A DNA stretch of 64,000 bases from an uncultured delta proteobacterium (GCA_963848135.1 CAWKCK010000003.1:496001-560000), one strand, 5' to 3'. Shown: positions 42,786 to 52,914, counted from the first letter of the stretch. Notes: generated by a model not told the origin, from the letters alone. A program made the numbers and translations.

Positions 42786-43033
42786 TAATTTTAATACATG
42801 ATCTCGATTGCAGGGGGATGTTTCATTGAGGGTAAAGAAGACCGGGGTCGCGACTACGGAAATGCTGAATCCGTTTTCCAAACGCCACCGCCACCTCTGG
42901 ACTAATTCACAAGCCTTTGGTACCATATGTATACTTGCTTTGGACCGCCTGAACCCAAGAGGCCTATCGTGTCTCTTTCACCCACTTCGGTAGGTTTTCT
43001 ATACCGCCGATCACACAAAATGGTATCCCTGAT

Positions 43034-44074
43034 ATGATGGGTTTTCGCCGTGGTCAAGATCAGGAAAGGCGTGCGGAACCAAAAAACCGGGTCCACTTCA
43101 CCGATCAAATGGTTCTGATTGGTTGCGGAATTGCCGTCGTTTACTGGTTGCTGGATTCAATCGTCGCTATTTTTTTGTCTTCGGAGGGGCCGATTCTCTC
43201 CCGAATACTCGGGGCAGACATGCGGGATGTCTGGACACGCCTGATTGTTTTGTGTCTGTTCGTCATTTTTGGATCACACGCACAATACACGATAAACGAA
43301 AGGCGGGTGGTGGCCAAAAAACTGGAACAGGACCGGCTCACACGCGAACGTTTTCAAAGGCTCTTGTCGCCTGATCTTGCCGAGATGGTTGTGTCCGGTA
43401 AGCTCACGGTTGAAAAGGGAGGCGTATCCCGGGTAGCGACCGTCATGTTCATCGATATTCGCGGCTTTACTGCGATGAGTGAGAGAACACCTCCCGGTGA
43501 TGTTCTGCAGATGCTCAACGAGTACTTTGAAATTGTGGTAGCAACCGTATTCCGGCATGAAGGGACGGTAGACAAGTTCATGGGAGACGAAATCATGGTG
43601 ATCTGGGGCGCTCCCGTTGACCATAGTGATGATCCGATACGGGCGGTGCGTGCCGCACTCGAGATCAAGACCGAATTGAAACGGTTCAACCATAACCGTG
43701 CCGCCGAAAATAAGCCGGCCGTCAAAATCGGAATCGGGATCAACACGGGCACCTTGGTGGCCGGGTATATCGGTTCATCCCAGACCATGAGCTATTCCGT
43801 CATCGGCGACACGGTAAATACAGCTTCCCGCCTCTGCGCCGCGGCCAAGGAAGGTCAGATCTTGATCGCGGAAAACACGCACAACAGCCTCGGCGGTCTC
43901 TTCGAAACGGTTGAAATCGAGCCTGTTAGGGCCAAAGGTAAGTACGAACCCATAAGGGTTTTTAACGTGGTCAGTGAAGGGCAGCCCCTATTTGCAGCCG
44001 ATGAGCCGGGACGGCGTGAGGAAGGCGGCCTTCAGTCGCGCGCAGGCGACCCTGCTATCAAGGCCAGAACCTAA
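43034..44074 (+). CDS. Membrane-anchored class III adenylate cyclase
   Basis: Two N-terminal hydrophobic helices; FIDIRGFT, VDKFMGD, GIGINTG, YSVIGDTVNTASR. Confidence 0.9.
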   Translation: MMGFRRGQDQERRAEPKNRVHFTDQMVLIGCGIAVVYWLLDSIVAIFLSSEGPILSRILGADMRDVWTRLIVLCLFVIFGSHAQYTINERRVVAKKLEQDRLTRERFQRLLSPDLAEMVVSGKLTVEKGGVSRVATVMFIDIRGFTAMSERTPPGDVLQMLNEYFEIVVATVFRHEGTVDKFMGDEIMVIWGAPVDHSDDPIRAVRAALEIKTELKRFNHNRAAENKPAVKIGIGINTGTLVAGYIGSSQTMSYSVIGDTVNTASRLCAAAKEGQILIAENTHNSLGGLFETVEIEPVRAKGKYEPIRVFNVVSEGQPLFAADEPGRREEGGLQSRAGDPAIKART

Positions 44075-44102
44075 AGCCGATGAACAGGCAAGCACCGAAC
44101 GG

Positions 44103-44462
44103 TTACCCGTCACCATCTTTTTCAGATTTTTTAAGAAGATTGCGGATGTTTTCTAGTTCCGCCGCGATTTCTTTGATGCTCAGTGGGGGCACCTCTTCCG
44201 CCGGGTCGGTTTTCCTTTTTGAAAGATACTGCCGGGCACCTTCGATCGTAAATTTTCTTTCGTGCAGGAGATGTCGAATCTTGAAAACCATCTCAACATC
44301 CCCGCGGCGGTATAGCCGTTGCCCCGAAGAGGTTCTCTTCGGACGGATACAGGAGAATTCGTTTTCCCAAAACCTGAGCACATAGGCTGGTAGTTCGGTG
44401 AGCTTACTCACCTCTCCGATTTTGAAATACAATTTTTCCGGCAATTGCGGTTTCGATATCAT
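44103..44462 (-). CDS. MerR-family transcriptional regulator (pheT-linked type)
   Basis: LYFKIGEVS..YVLRFWE.EF..P..GQRLY..FTIEGAR; start moved to MISK. Confidence 0.9.
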   Translation of the reverse strand: MISKPQLPEKLYFKIGEVSKLTELPAYVLRFWENEFSCIRPKRTSSGQRLYRRGDVEMVFKIRHLLHERKFTIEGARQYLSKRKTDPAEEVPPLSIKEIAAELENIRNLLKKSEKDGDG

Positions 44463-44572
44463 CGTATAGGGAAGCGGTTGTTGAAAAGTACCACCAGCAG
44501 CGCAACCACGGGGCAAGCGGTTGTCATATCGTGAGGCCTTCGGCCGTCAGCCAATGGATGCCTGTTGCGTTA

Positions 44573-46987
44573 TCAGGCTGGAAGCAGCGCTTTGAATTCT
44601 TCCAGCAGATTACCAGTAATATCTTGATGAAGACGGTTGATTTCTTCGTCTTCCAGAGTTCTATCGGGCGAACGATAAACGATCCTGAACGAAATACTCT
44701 TCTTACCGTTTGGAATCGGCTTTCCTTCGAACACATCAAAGAGCTGAACGGTTTCGATTAATCCCTCGTTCATCTTTTCCACGCGGTTTAGAATCTTGCC
44801 GGACGCGACACCGAGATCGACGATAAGGGTAACGTCACGGGTCACTGCGGGATATTTGGGGATCGGCTGAAATGATTTCGCACCGGGGATAAGGGCGCGC
44901 AAAGTGTCAACTGTCAATTCGAAGATATAGGCCGCATCCTTCAGCTCGAAATGACGCCGGACCTGCGGGTGAACTTCACCGATCAGGCCGACATCCCGGC
45001 CTTGTATCATTATCCGGGCGCTGATGCCGGGCCGGGTGTAGGTGCAAATCTCTTCCGGTATACCGGCAAAGACGACACCGGAAATACCTAATCTATCCAA
45101 AAGGGCTTCAACCACACCCTTCAAATCGAAAAAATCACAGGCCGCTGCTCTGGCATGCCACGAATCTTCGCTGCGGGCACCGCACCAGAGCCCCGCCAGA
45201 ATTTCTACCTCTTCGGGAAGCGCGTCGCTATCTTTGTTGTAAAACGTTTTTCCGATTTCAAACAATCTCAGATTTTTTTCATGCCGGTCGATACAGTGTC
45301 GCATGGTATCCAGCAAGCCAGGCACAAGTGACGACCGCATGACGGATTGCTCTTCGGACAGGGGATTTAGGATCGGAACCAAACGACGTCTGATATCATC
45401 GGGTTTCAAACCGAGCCGGTCACAGGCGCCGGCGCTGATGAAACTGTAGGTTATGATTTCGTGAAAACCGTATCCTGACATGATTTGTTTCATATGATTG
45501 CGCGATGTCAGGGATTTTAGCGGGGGCCGTCCTTTGACCGGTACGGCCGGATAGGTCAACGGAATGTTGTCGTATCCGGAGAGGCGCGCTACCTCTTCCA
45601 TCAAGTCTTCCGGTCGGGTGACATCGACTCTGAAACTCGGTGTTGCCACCGCCAATTGGTCGTTATCTTCAGGTTCGGTTTGGAACCCGATAGATTCGAG
45701 CATTACAGCTATTTCCTCGACCGAAAACAGGGTTCCCAGAAGCCGGTTCGTTTCTTTTGCGCCGAGGCGGATCACAGGACGCTTTACCGGTTTGGGATGC
45801 GCATCGATCAAGCCGTCCACTATCGTTGCGCCTGAAACGTCGGCCATGAGGCTTGCCGCCCGGTCCAGGGCGAGGACCGTGCCCCGAGGATCTACGCCGC
45901 GTTCGAAACGATAGGACGCCTCGGTGATCATCCCTAGCTGTTTGGCTGTTTTACGGATACTGATCGGATTGAAATAGGCGCTTTCGATGAGAACCCGGCG
46001 GGTGGAGGATTCGATTTCCGAATTGAGGCCACCCATGATACCGCCGACGGCCACGGCTTTCTCGGCGTCGCAGATCAAAAGCATGTCTTCAGAGAGTGTG
46101 CGCTCTTTCTCGTCCAGGGTTGTGAAGCTTTCGCCTTTCTTGGCTGTCCGTACCACGATGCGGTGGCCCGCCAAATGGTCATAATCGAAGGCATGCAGCG
46201 GTTGTCCGAATTCCATCATGACAAAATTGGTGACATCCACGATGTTGTTGATCGGCCGCAATCCGACCGATAGAAGGCGGTCCTGCAGCCAAAAAGGCGA
46301 GGGGCCGACCTTGATGCCTGTCAGCAATCTGGCAGCATAGCGGGGACAAAAATCCGGTGCCTTAATGGTTACCGAGGTCATACCGGTAATTTCATCGCCA
46401 GAATCAGTCAAATGGTTTTCAGGGTATTTCAGGGCTGTTTTTTGAATACCGGCGATCTCACGGGCAATGCCGATCAAGCTCAAACAGTCGGCCCGGTTTG
46501 GTGTCAAATCGATTTCGATCACGGTGTCATCAAGGGCCAGGGCCTGAGGCAACGGCTGTCCCAACTGCAAATGACTCTGGAGTTCCATGATACCGGAGGA
46601 TACAATCCCGAGTCCCAATTCCATTTCACTGCAAAGCATACCCTCAGAAGCGGAGCCTCGGATCACGCTTTTTTGCAGGACGGTACCATCCGGTAAAACA
46701 GTCCCGGGCAAGGCAACGGCGACCTTGAGGTCTTTTGTAACGTTTGGTGCACCGCAAACTACGCTCAGTGTCTGGCTGCCAATGTCCACTTCACAGAGCT
46801 TTAAATTATTGGACTGCGGGTGGGGTGCGATGTTGTGAACGCAACCGACGACAACACGGTTCAAATAGATGTAGCGGTCTGAAACCGAGTCGACCTCCAG
46901 GCCGATCATGGTCAGTGCTTTCACCAGTCGATCGATATCCATCTCGATCGATACATATTCTTTCAACCAACTGAGGCTGACGCGCAT
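44573..46987 (-). CDS. pheT: Phenylalanine-tRNA ligase beta subunit
   Basis: VVCGAPN, LTPNRADCLS, GQPLHAFD, RFERGVD, FDX-ACB C-terminus. Confidence 0.98.
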   Translation of the reverse strand: MRVSLSWLKEYVSIEMDIDRLVKALTMIGLEVDSVSDRYIYLNRVVVGCVHNIAPHPQSNNLKLCEVDIGSQTLSVVCGAPNVTKDLKVAVALPGTVLPDGTVLQKSVIRGSASEGMLCSEMELGLGIVSSGIMELQSHLQLGQPLPQALALDDTVIEIDLTPNRADCLSLIGIAREIAGIQKTALKYPENHLTDSGDEITGMTSVTIKAPDFCPRYAARLLTGIKVGPSPFWLQDRLLSVGLRPINNIVDVTNFVMMEFGQPLHAFDYDHLAGHRIVVRTAKKGESFTTLDEKERTLSEDMLLICDAEKAVAVGGIMGGLNSEIESSTRRVLIESAYFNPISIRKTAKQLGMITEASYRFERGVDPRGTVLALDRAASLMADVSGATIVDGLIDAHPKPVKRPVIRLGAKETNRLLGTLFSVEEIAVMLESIGFQTEPEDNDQLAVATPSFRVDVTRPEDLMEEVARLSGYDNIPLTYPAVPVKGRPPLKSLTSRNHMKQIMSGYGFHEIITYSFISAGACDRLGLKPDDIRRRLVPILNPLSEEQSVMRSSLVPGLLDTMRHCIDRHEKNLRLFEIGKTFYNKDSDALPEEVEILAGLWCGARSEDSWHARAAACDFFDLKGVVEALLDRLGISGVVFAGIPEEICTYTRPGISARIMIQGRDVGLIGEVHPQVRRHFELKDAAYIFELTVDTLRALIPGAKSFQPIPKYPAVTRDVTLIVDLGVASGKILNRVEKMNEGLIETVQLFDVFEGKPIPNGKKSISFRIVYRSPDRTLEDEEINRLHQDITGNLLEEFKALLPA

Positions 46988-46988
46988 G

Positions 46989-47996
46989 TCAGAATTGCCT
47001 TAGAAATCTGATATCATTCTCAAAGTATTTTCGGATGTCATCGATTCCGTATTTGAGCATGGCAATTCTTTCCACACCCATACCGAAGGCGAACCCGCTG
47101 AATTCAGAAGAATCGTATCCGACATTTTCGTATAGCGCAGGGTGAACCATTCCGGACCCTAAAATTTCAAGCCAGCCGCTTTGAGAACATACCCTGCATC
47201 CTGAACCGCGGCACATGACACACAGGATATCGACTTCCGCGCTCGGTTCTGTGAACGGAAAAAAACTGGGTCTGAATCTCAGGCTGGTGTTTTCGTCGAA
47301 CATCTGGTGGACAAAAGTTGTCAGGACGCCCTTGAGATCGCCGAATGAGATGTTGCGATCGACCAGCAACCCTTCCACCTGGTGAAACATCGGCGTGTGC
47401 GTCAAGTCCGAATCACAGCGGTAGACTTTGCCAGGGGCGATGATTCGTACCGGAGGCGTCTGTTTCTCCATGGTTCGAATCTGTACCGGCGAGGTGTGGG
47501 TTCGCAGAACGATGTTCTCAGATACATAAAAAGTATCTTGCATGTCGCGCGCCGGGTGATTCGGTGGGATGTTAAGCGCTTCGAAATTGTACCAGTCGCT
47601 TTCGACCTCCGGTCCCTCGACTATATCGAATCCCAGTCGGGTGAATATTTCGCAAATTTCCTGGGTAATCTGGGTTATCGGATGTAAGCTTCCATTGGGT
47701 ACGGGGCGACCGGGGAGTGTGACATCAATGCCGGCAGCCAATCTGACACCTGACGTTTCAAATTCTCGTACGGCTGCCTTGAAAGACTTTTCAAGGGCGG
47801 ATTTAATTTCATTGGCCTTCTTACCGATGGCCGCTCTTTTTTCAGCCGGCTGATTGGAAATGTTCCTTAGTAACCCGGTTAAGATGCCTTTTCGGCCCAT
47901 ATAACGAACAGCAATAGTATTTACACTATCTGCGTCTGAGGCGTTTGCCAGGGCCCCGAGAGCCTCTTCGTATATGTTCTCTATTGACGTTTCCAC
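46989..47996 (-). CDS. pheS: Phenylalanine-tRNA ligase alpha subunit
   Basis: HPARDMQDTFY, RTHTSPVQ, FPFTEPSAE, GFAFGMGVER. Confidence 0.98.
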   Translation of the reverse strand: METSIENIYEEALGALANASDADSVNTIAVRYMGRKGILTGLLRNISNQPAEKRAAIGKKANEIKSALEKSFKAAVREFETSGVRLAAGIDVTLPGRPVPNGSLHPITQITQEICEIFTRLGFDIVEGPEVESDWYNFEALNIPPNHPARDMQDTFYVSENIVLRTHTSPVQIRTMEKQTPPVRIIAPGKVYRCDSDLTHTPMFHQVEGLLVDRNISFGDLKGVLTTFVHQMFDENTSLRFRPSFFPFTEPSAEVDILCVMCRGSGCRVCSQSGWLEILGSGMVHPALYENVGYDSSEFSGFAFGMGVERIAMLKYGIDDIRKYFENDIRFLRQF

Positions 47997-48086
47997 TGCG
48001 CTATTGGCCCGAATGGAATGCCTTTCGTTCTGGAACAGATCGCGCCGGACATTTGTCCCCAGATCGCGGCAAGGTGGTTAAAGCGG

Positions 48087-48437
48087 TTAGATGTTCTCGG
48101 AAGCCAGTTTAGCGATCTGGGCAAAGCCCGCGGGGTCGGATATGGCCAAGTCGGCGAGTACCTTACGGTCAAGAACGATTCCGGCGCGTTTCAGGCCGTT
48201 CATGAACTTACTGTATGATAGGTCGTTTATCCGCGCGGCAGCATTTATTCTGGTAATCCAGAGCTGCCGAAAATCGCGTTTGCGCTGCCGTCGATCGCGG
48301 TAGGCATACATCAGCGCTTTATCGACCGCATCGGCAGCTGTACGGAACAATTTGCTTCGGCCACCGCGGTATCCTTTGGCCAACTTCAGTACTTTTTGGC
48401 GTCGTTTACGGGCCTTGAATCCTCTTCTCACTCGCAT
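48087..48437 (-). CDS. rplT: 50S ribosomal protein L20
   Basis: [30 protein letters not shown]. Confidence 0.97.
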   Translation of the reverse strand: MRVRRGFKARKRRQKVLKLAKGYRGGRSKLFRTAADAVDKALMYAYRDRRQRKRDFRQLWITRINAAARINDLSYSKFMNGLKRAGIVLDRKVLADLAISDPAGFAQIAKLASENI

Positions 48438-48633
48438 TGTCGTTCTCCTGAAAGTATACGCTATTCTATATTCTTACGTTCCAATATCAACTGTCGGGGC
48501 TTGCTGCTACCGGGTCGGGTATCATCATTTGAGAAAATCCCAACGGAAAATAGAACCCGGGTCAATCCGTCGTCATGAGCGGCGATCGTATACGGCCTGG
48601 TGCACAGTCAGTCTCGCCAACCGCTACGCACCC

Positions 48634-48831
48634 CTAACTATTGGGCAGAAGCAGCCGAACTTCCTTTTGATCGGATTTTTTAATTAATTGACCCAGCCGC
48701 AATTGTCGTTTACGCTTGGTTGTTTTTTTGGTTAGAATGTGGCTGGCGTGCGATTTGAAATAGACAAATTTTCCCGTTCCGGTCTTTTTGAATCGTTTCG
48801 CCGCCGAGCGATTCGTTTTTATTTTTGGCAT
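48634..48831 (-). CDS. rpmI: 50S ribosomal protein L35
   Basis: [35 protein letters not shown]. Confidence 0.96.
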   Translation of the reverse strand: MPKIKTNRSAAKRFKKTGTGKFVYFKSHASHILTKKTTKRKRQLRLGQLIKKSDQKEVRLLLPNS

Positions 48832-49045
48832 CCTAATACTCCTTTTCGTCGTTGCCTGGCACCGCCTGTCTGATAGCAACCACGAACAGGTTCAAGGGCC
48901 AGTGAAACAAAAAAATAGATGGCGTGGGAATCAATACAATTCCGCCGCACGCCACCTCCGCATCTCGTTCTAAAATGATTTCCCAGCTTCGATCCGTATC
49001 AGTCGGCCGCAGCGGCAGCCCCAATACATTCGGAAATACCGGGGG

Positions 49046-49585
49046 CTATTTAGGTGCCAGCACCATCATGATGGTGCGGCCTTCAAATTTCGGCATCTGT
49101 TCCACAACGGCCACATCAGCCGTTTCTTCGGCAACCCTGGCAAGCATATCCCGCCCCCGCTGGGACAGAGTGATTTCCCTGCCGCGAAACATGACCGTGA
49201 CTTTGACTTTGTCTTTGTTACCGATAAACTTCTTGATGCGACCGACTTTAACCAGAAGGTCGTGGTCATCCGTGTTGGGGCGGACTTTTATTTCCTTCAA
49301 CTGGAAGGTGCTCTGCTTCTTTTTGGCCTCCTGTTTCTTCTTGGTCTGCTCATATTTGTAACGGCCGTAATCCATTATTTTGCAGACAGGAGGATTCGCG
49401 TTGGGTGAAATTTCGACCAGGTCTAAACCAAAATCTGCGGCACTTTGCAGCGCTTGGGCAATCGGGACAATTCCGACCTGATTGCCTTCAGGGTCGATGA
49501 CCCGCACCTCCTTGGCTCTGATACTTCGATTGATGTTCGTTCGATCGCTTGGCCGCGGTTTGAATATACGTCCTTTTAGAGCTAT
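49046..49585 (-). CDS. infC: Translation initiation factor IF-3 (non-canonical ATA start)
   Basis: Frame extends upstream of the tracked ORF through INRSIRAKEVRVI to an ATA with GGAGGT 6 nt upstream; DLVEISP, PPVCKIMDYG, FRGRE. Confidence 0.95.
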   Translation of the reverse strand: MALKGRIFKPRPSDRTNINRSIRAKEVRVIDPEGNQVGIVPIAQALQSAADFGLDLVEISPNANPPVCKIMDYGRYKYEQTKKKQEAKKKQSTFQLKEIKVRPNTDDHDLLVKVGRIKKFIGNKDKVKVTVMFRGREITLSQRGRDMLARVAEETADVAVVEQMPKFEGRTIMMVLAPK

Positions 49586-49822
49586 GCCGGCACCTCCGCT
49601 TTTTCTAAGTCCTTGTCATCACGGCCTGTTTTACAAGGCCAGTCTCGGTCGGCAAGCTGTTTTGCCAGCCGATAAAGTTCAGGTAGTGGATTAACCAATA
49701 ACAATAGGGAATGCAAGTAAAAAATTCAAGTAAAAAAAAAGGGCTTCTGTGTTGTCTGGCAGCAGGGAAGCGATTCGCCGTGTTTGGGGAGATGCCGTCG
49801 ACCCAGATAATGCAATCATTTC

Positions 49823-50323
49823 TTAGAGGCTGATGGCGTGGCGTGCGAGAAGGCTATCCTTCCAATAGGTGCTATCAGGGTTTTGAAAATATGTCTTTAG
49901 CAGCTTGGCACTATCGGCACGCAATATGTTCGGAACAATCGATATACCCGCTTGCCGGTAAAGCGGGTTGAGTTGCGACAAATCGCAACTGGTGCCGCCG
50001 CCCATCACGTCTTCAACGGCGTAAACGATCCTTTTGATGCCGCTAAGGATGATTGCACCGTAACACATTAAGCACGGTTCGAGCGTGCTGAAAAGGGTAA
50101 TGTCCTTGGGGGCGATTTTCATTTCCATTTCTGCCAGTCGCCTCAAAGCCACCATTTCCGCATGGTCGACTTCATTGATCCTTTCGCCGACGGTGCCGGT
50201 TCGACGGCCCGATGTCAGCACCCGATCTTGATGTACCAGGATGCAACCCACCGGAAATTCGCCGGCCGCATAAGCCGTTCGGGCTTGATCGAGAGCCGTT
50301 TCCATAAATCGGGGATAGTTCAT
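49823..50323 (-). CDS. Nucleoside/tRNA deaminase (TadA/CDA fold)
   Basis: GEFPVG, HAE, TLEPCLMC. Confidence 0.85.
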   Translation of the reverse strand: MNYPRFMETALDQARTAYAAGEFPVGCILVHQDRVLTSGRRTGTVGERINEVDHAEMVALRRLAEMEMKIAPKDITLFSTLEPCLMCYGAIILSGIKRIVYAVEDVMGGGTSCDLSQLNPLYRQAGISIVPNILRADSAKLLKTYFQNPDSTYWKDSLLARHAISL

Positions 50324-50393
50324 TGTCTATCTTTCCGGGATCTGGCATTATTTGCGATGTGTTGACAGGTTAGCCGCGAGGTCTACCCAGCGC

Positions 50394-50945
50394 CTAAATA
50401 CGGCAGATCGAGTCATCGCAAGGGCAGCTTCCGTCCACTTCATACGCGTAAACCACACGAGATTCCATCTGGGCCCGTTCGGGAGAAATCGGCGCGAACG
50501 AAAATTTTTTTGACATCCCTTCGAGAGCCATCTTTTCGGGCAGGTTTTCAAGGCCGTGGGCGATGACGCGGCCAGTGGCACCGTCCAGAATATCTGCATC
50601 TTCCCCGTTGGTTGCCACGGCGACCGGGATCTGGTAGGGGGCCAGCAGGCGAGAAACAGCCAGGGCCGACCGGTGGCGGGTGACGATGGAACCGGGACCG
50701 TATTTGATTACCATTGCCATCCGATCGACCACCGTCACGACCAAGTCGATTCTTATGATGGCCTGGCAATCCCCAGCACGGACGATCAGCGGTTGCCGCG
50801 GCTTCACATCCTCTTTTTGATACCCTTTTTGCTCGATCAGCCGGCCCGCCAACGCCTGGCGGTAGCGTTCGTCGTGGGTGTCCGTGAGTGTTTCTCCGGT
50901 GATGTAGTCGGTCAAGTCGCCGAATACCAGATGGTGACCATTCAT
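50394..50945 (-). CDS. Stand-alone HsdR N-terminal-like (PD-(D/E)XK fold) protein
   Basis: ERYRQ..LIEQKGY, IDLVV, AVATNG; start moved to MNGHH. Confidence 0.65.
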   Translation of the reverse strand: MNGHHLVFGDLTDYITGETLTDTHDERYRQALAGRLIEQKGYQKEDVKPRQPLIVRAGDCQAIIRIDLVVTVVDRMAMVIKYGPGSIVTRHRSALAVSRLLAPYQIPVAVATNGEDADILDGATGRVIAHGLENLPEKMALEGMSKKFSFAPISPERAQMESRVVYAYEVDGSCPCDDSICRI

Positions 50946-51236
50946 GGCGTCGCCTAAAATTAATGATACCGGCCGCCGCGACGGCGAGGACCGGTCAATT
51001 GCGTGCATCGGGTCCGGCATTTTCTGCTGACACCCTATTGTCTAGCGGTACTCTAATATGAAAACTGTGTCAACCTTATCGTAATCCGCTAAAATGCCAC
51101 CATACCCAATTTGATTTAAGCTTTACATGACACCAGAATATGAGATAATTACCACTTTTGGCTCTTTGATCCCTATCAGGGTGTTGAAAAACGTCAAGAG
51201 CGATGGCAAGACAAGGCAAAATCCGACGAAAAAGTT

Positions 51237-52328
51237 ATGTTATCGATTCGCGAAGAATTTGAAAAACGGGAACGTGGATTCATGTCGCCCTTTGGTTGCC
51301 TGAGTTCCGAATCACGAGGCCGCAGACGGTCCGAAGTGCCTTGTCCGATTCGAACCGCCTTTCAGGTGGACCGGGACCGTATTGTTTACTCGAACGCATT
51401 CAGACGGTTGAAGCACAAAACCCAGGTATTTCTGGCGCCGCTGGGGGATCAGTACCGGACCCGCCTGACCCACACCCTCGAGGTCGCCCAGATGGCCCGA
51501 AACATCTCCCGCGCCTTACGGCTCAATGAAGACCTGGCCGAAGCGATTGCCCTCGGCCATGATCTCGGGCATACACCATTCGGGCATGGCGGCGAAACGG
51601 CTTTGAAGGAGGTATTTTCAAAACATTTTACCCACAAAGCTCAAAGCTTGAGGGTTGTCGATAAACTGGAGCGCAACGGTGAAGGCCTGAATCTAACCAT
51701 TGAGGTGCGCGATGGCATTCTTAAGCACTCCAAAGGCTACGGTAAGATCATTCCGGACGATTCCAGAGAAATGGCCATCACCGTTGAAGGGCGGATCGTG
51801 CGGATTGCCGATATCATGGCTTATTTGAATCACGATCTGGATGATGCCATTCGCAGCGGGGTGGTAAAGGAAGAACATGTGCCGAAAGATTGCCGTAAAA
51901 TCATCGGCCACACCCACCCCGAACGGGCCACGACCATGATCAGAGATCTGGTTTACAACAGCAGAGCCGATGGTGGCGAACTGGTGCTGCAGATGAGCGA
52001 TGAGGTGTTCGCGGCCATGTCTAACCTGAGGGAATTTCTATACAAAAAAGTATACCGAGCGCCTAAGGTTCATAATGAGTTCTTAAAGGCCAAAAAAATC
52101 CTGATTGAACTTTACAGCTACTTCTTGGATCATGTCGACCGGCTGGAAGTGGAGCTTGACAAACTGGGCATGGGCCACTGCAATCACGTCGATCAGCCAC
52201 GTGATCGCTGGGTCTGCGATTTCATTGCGAGTCTGACCGACAGCCACGCCATGGACCTCTACGAGCAGATCTTCTTCCCCTCGCCACTGATGTTCGAACG
52301 TGGAGGCTATGCCGCCTTACCCCGATAA
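51237..52328 (+). CDS. dgt: Deoxyguanosinetriphosphate triphosphohydrolase (HD family)
   Basis: FQVDRDRI, FRRLKHKTQVF, RTRLTHTLEV, HDLGHTPFGH. Confidence 0.93.
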   Translation: MLSIREEFEKRERGFMSPFGCLSSESRGRRRSEVPCPIRTAFQVDRDRIVYSNAFRRLKHKTQVFLAPLGDQYRTRLTHTLEVAQMARNISRALRLNEDLAEAIALGHDLGHTPFGHGGETALKEVFSKHFTHKAQSLRVVDKLERNGEGLNLTIEVRDGILKHSKGYGKIIPDDSREMAITVEGRIVRIADIMAYLNHDLDDAIRSGVVKEEHVPKDCRKIIGHTHPERATTMIRDLVYNSRADGGELVLQMSDEVFAAMSNLREFLYKKVYRAPKVHNEFLKAKKILIELYSYFLDHVDRLEVELDKLGMGHCNHVDQPRDRWVCDFIASLTDSHAMDLYEQIFFPSPLMFERGGYAALPR

Positions 52329-52914
52329 CATCCGCCTGGAGCCGGAAGTGTTCGTTGCTCAGCTTGACCGTCTGGAGCAGGTTTATGCAGCCATGGATCG
52401 GGCTTACAATTCGGTAGCAGACAATTACGGCTTTCATTGCAGCGGCTGCGAAGACAATTGTTGCCTGACGCACTTTTATCATCATACTTACCTTGAATTT
52501 CTATACCTGATGAAGGGGTACCGGGCTCTCGGACGGCGGCGGCAAATTGATATTCGACAAAAAGCCGAGTCGGTATGCGCGGCCTTTCGTGGAGTGGAAA
52601 GGAAAATAAACGGGCAATCCCCGCGGTTGATGTGTCCGCTCAACATCAAGGGCCTATGCTGTCTGTATCAGCATCGACCGATGATCTGCCGGATGCATGG
52701 CCTTCCCCACGAATTGCACCGGCCAAACGGCGGCATTGTGCAAGGTCCGGGCTGTGCTAATTTCGAGCACAATTACGGGAAAAAGGATGCCATCTTATTT
52801 GACCGGACGTCCTTTTACCATGATGTGGCGCAGCTCGAAGAGTGGCTGCGCCAGCTGATTGGCGTGGATGCCAAGTTTAAAATGACGGTGGCGGAGATGA
52901 TCCTGGCCTTCTGA
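52309..52914 (+). CDS. Cysteine-cluster protein (YkgJ/CxxCxxCC-like)
   Basis: CSGCEDNCC, CPL..GLCCLYQHRPMICR; start uncertain. Confidence 0.75.
   Translation: MPPYPDNIRLEPEVFVAQLDRLEQVYAAMDRAYNSVADNYGFHCSGCEDNCCLTHFYHHTYLEFLYLMKGYRALGRRRQIDIRQKAESVCAAFRGVERKINGQSPRLMCPLNIKGLCCLYQHRPMICRMHGLPHELHRPNGGIVQGPGCANFEHNYGKKDAILFDRTSFYHDVAQLEEWLRQLIGVDAKFKMTVAEMILAF

Noticed and set aside
42560..42800. Integrated element at tRNA-Gly
   Set aside because: No integrase or duplicated tRNA 3' end seen; rimP follows directly.
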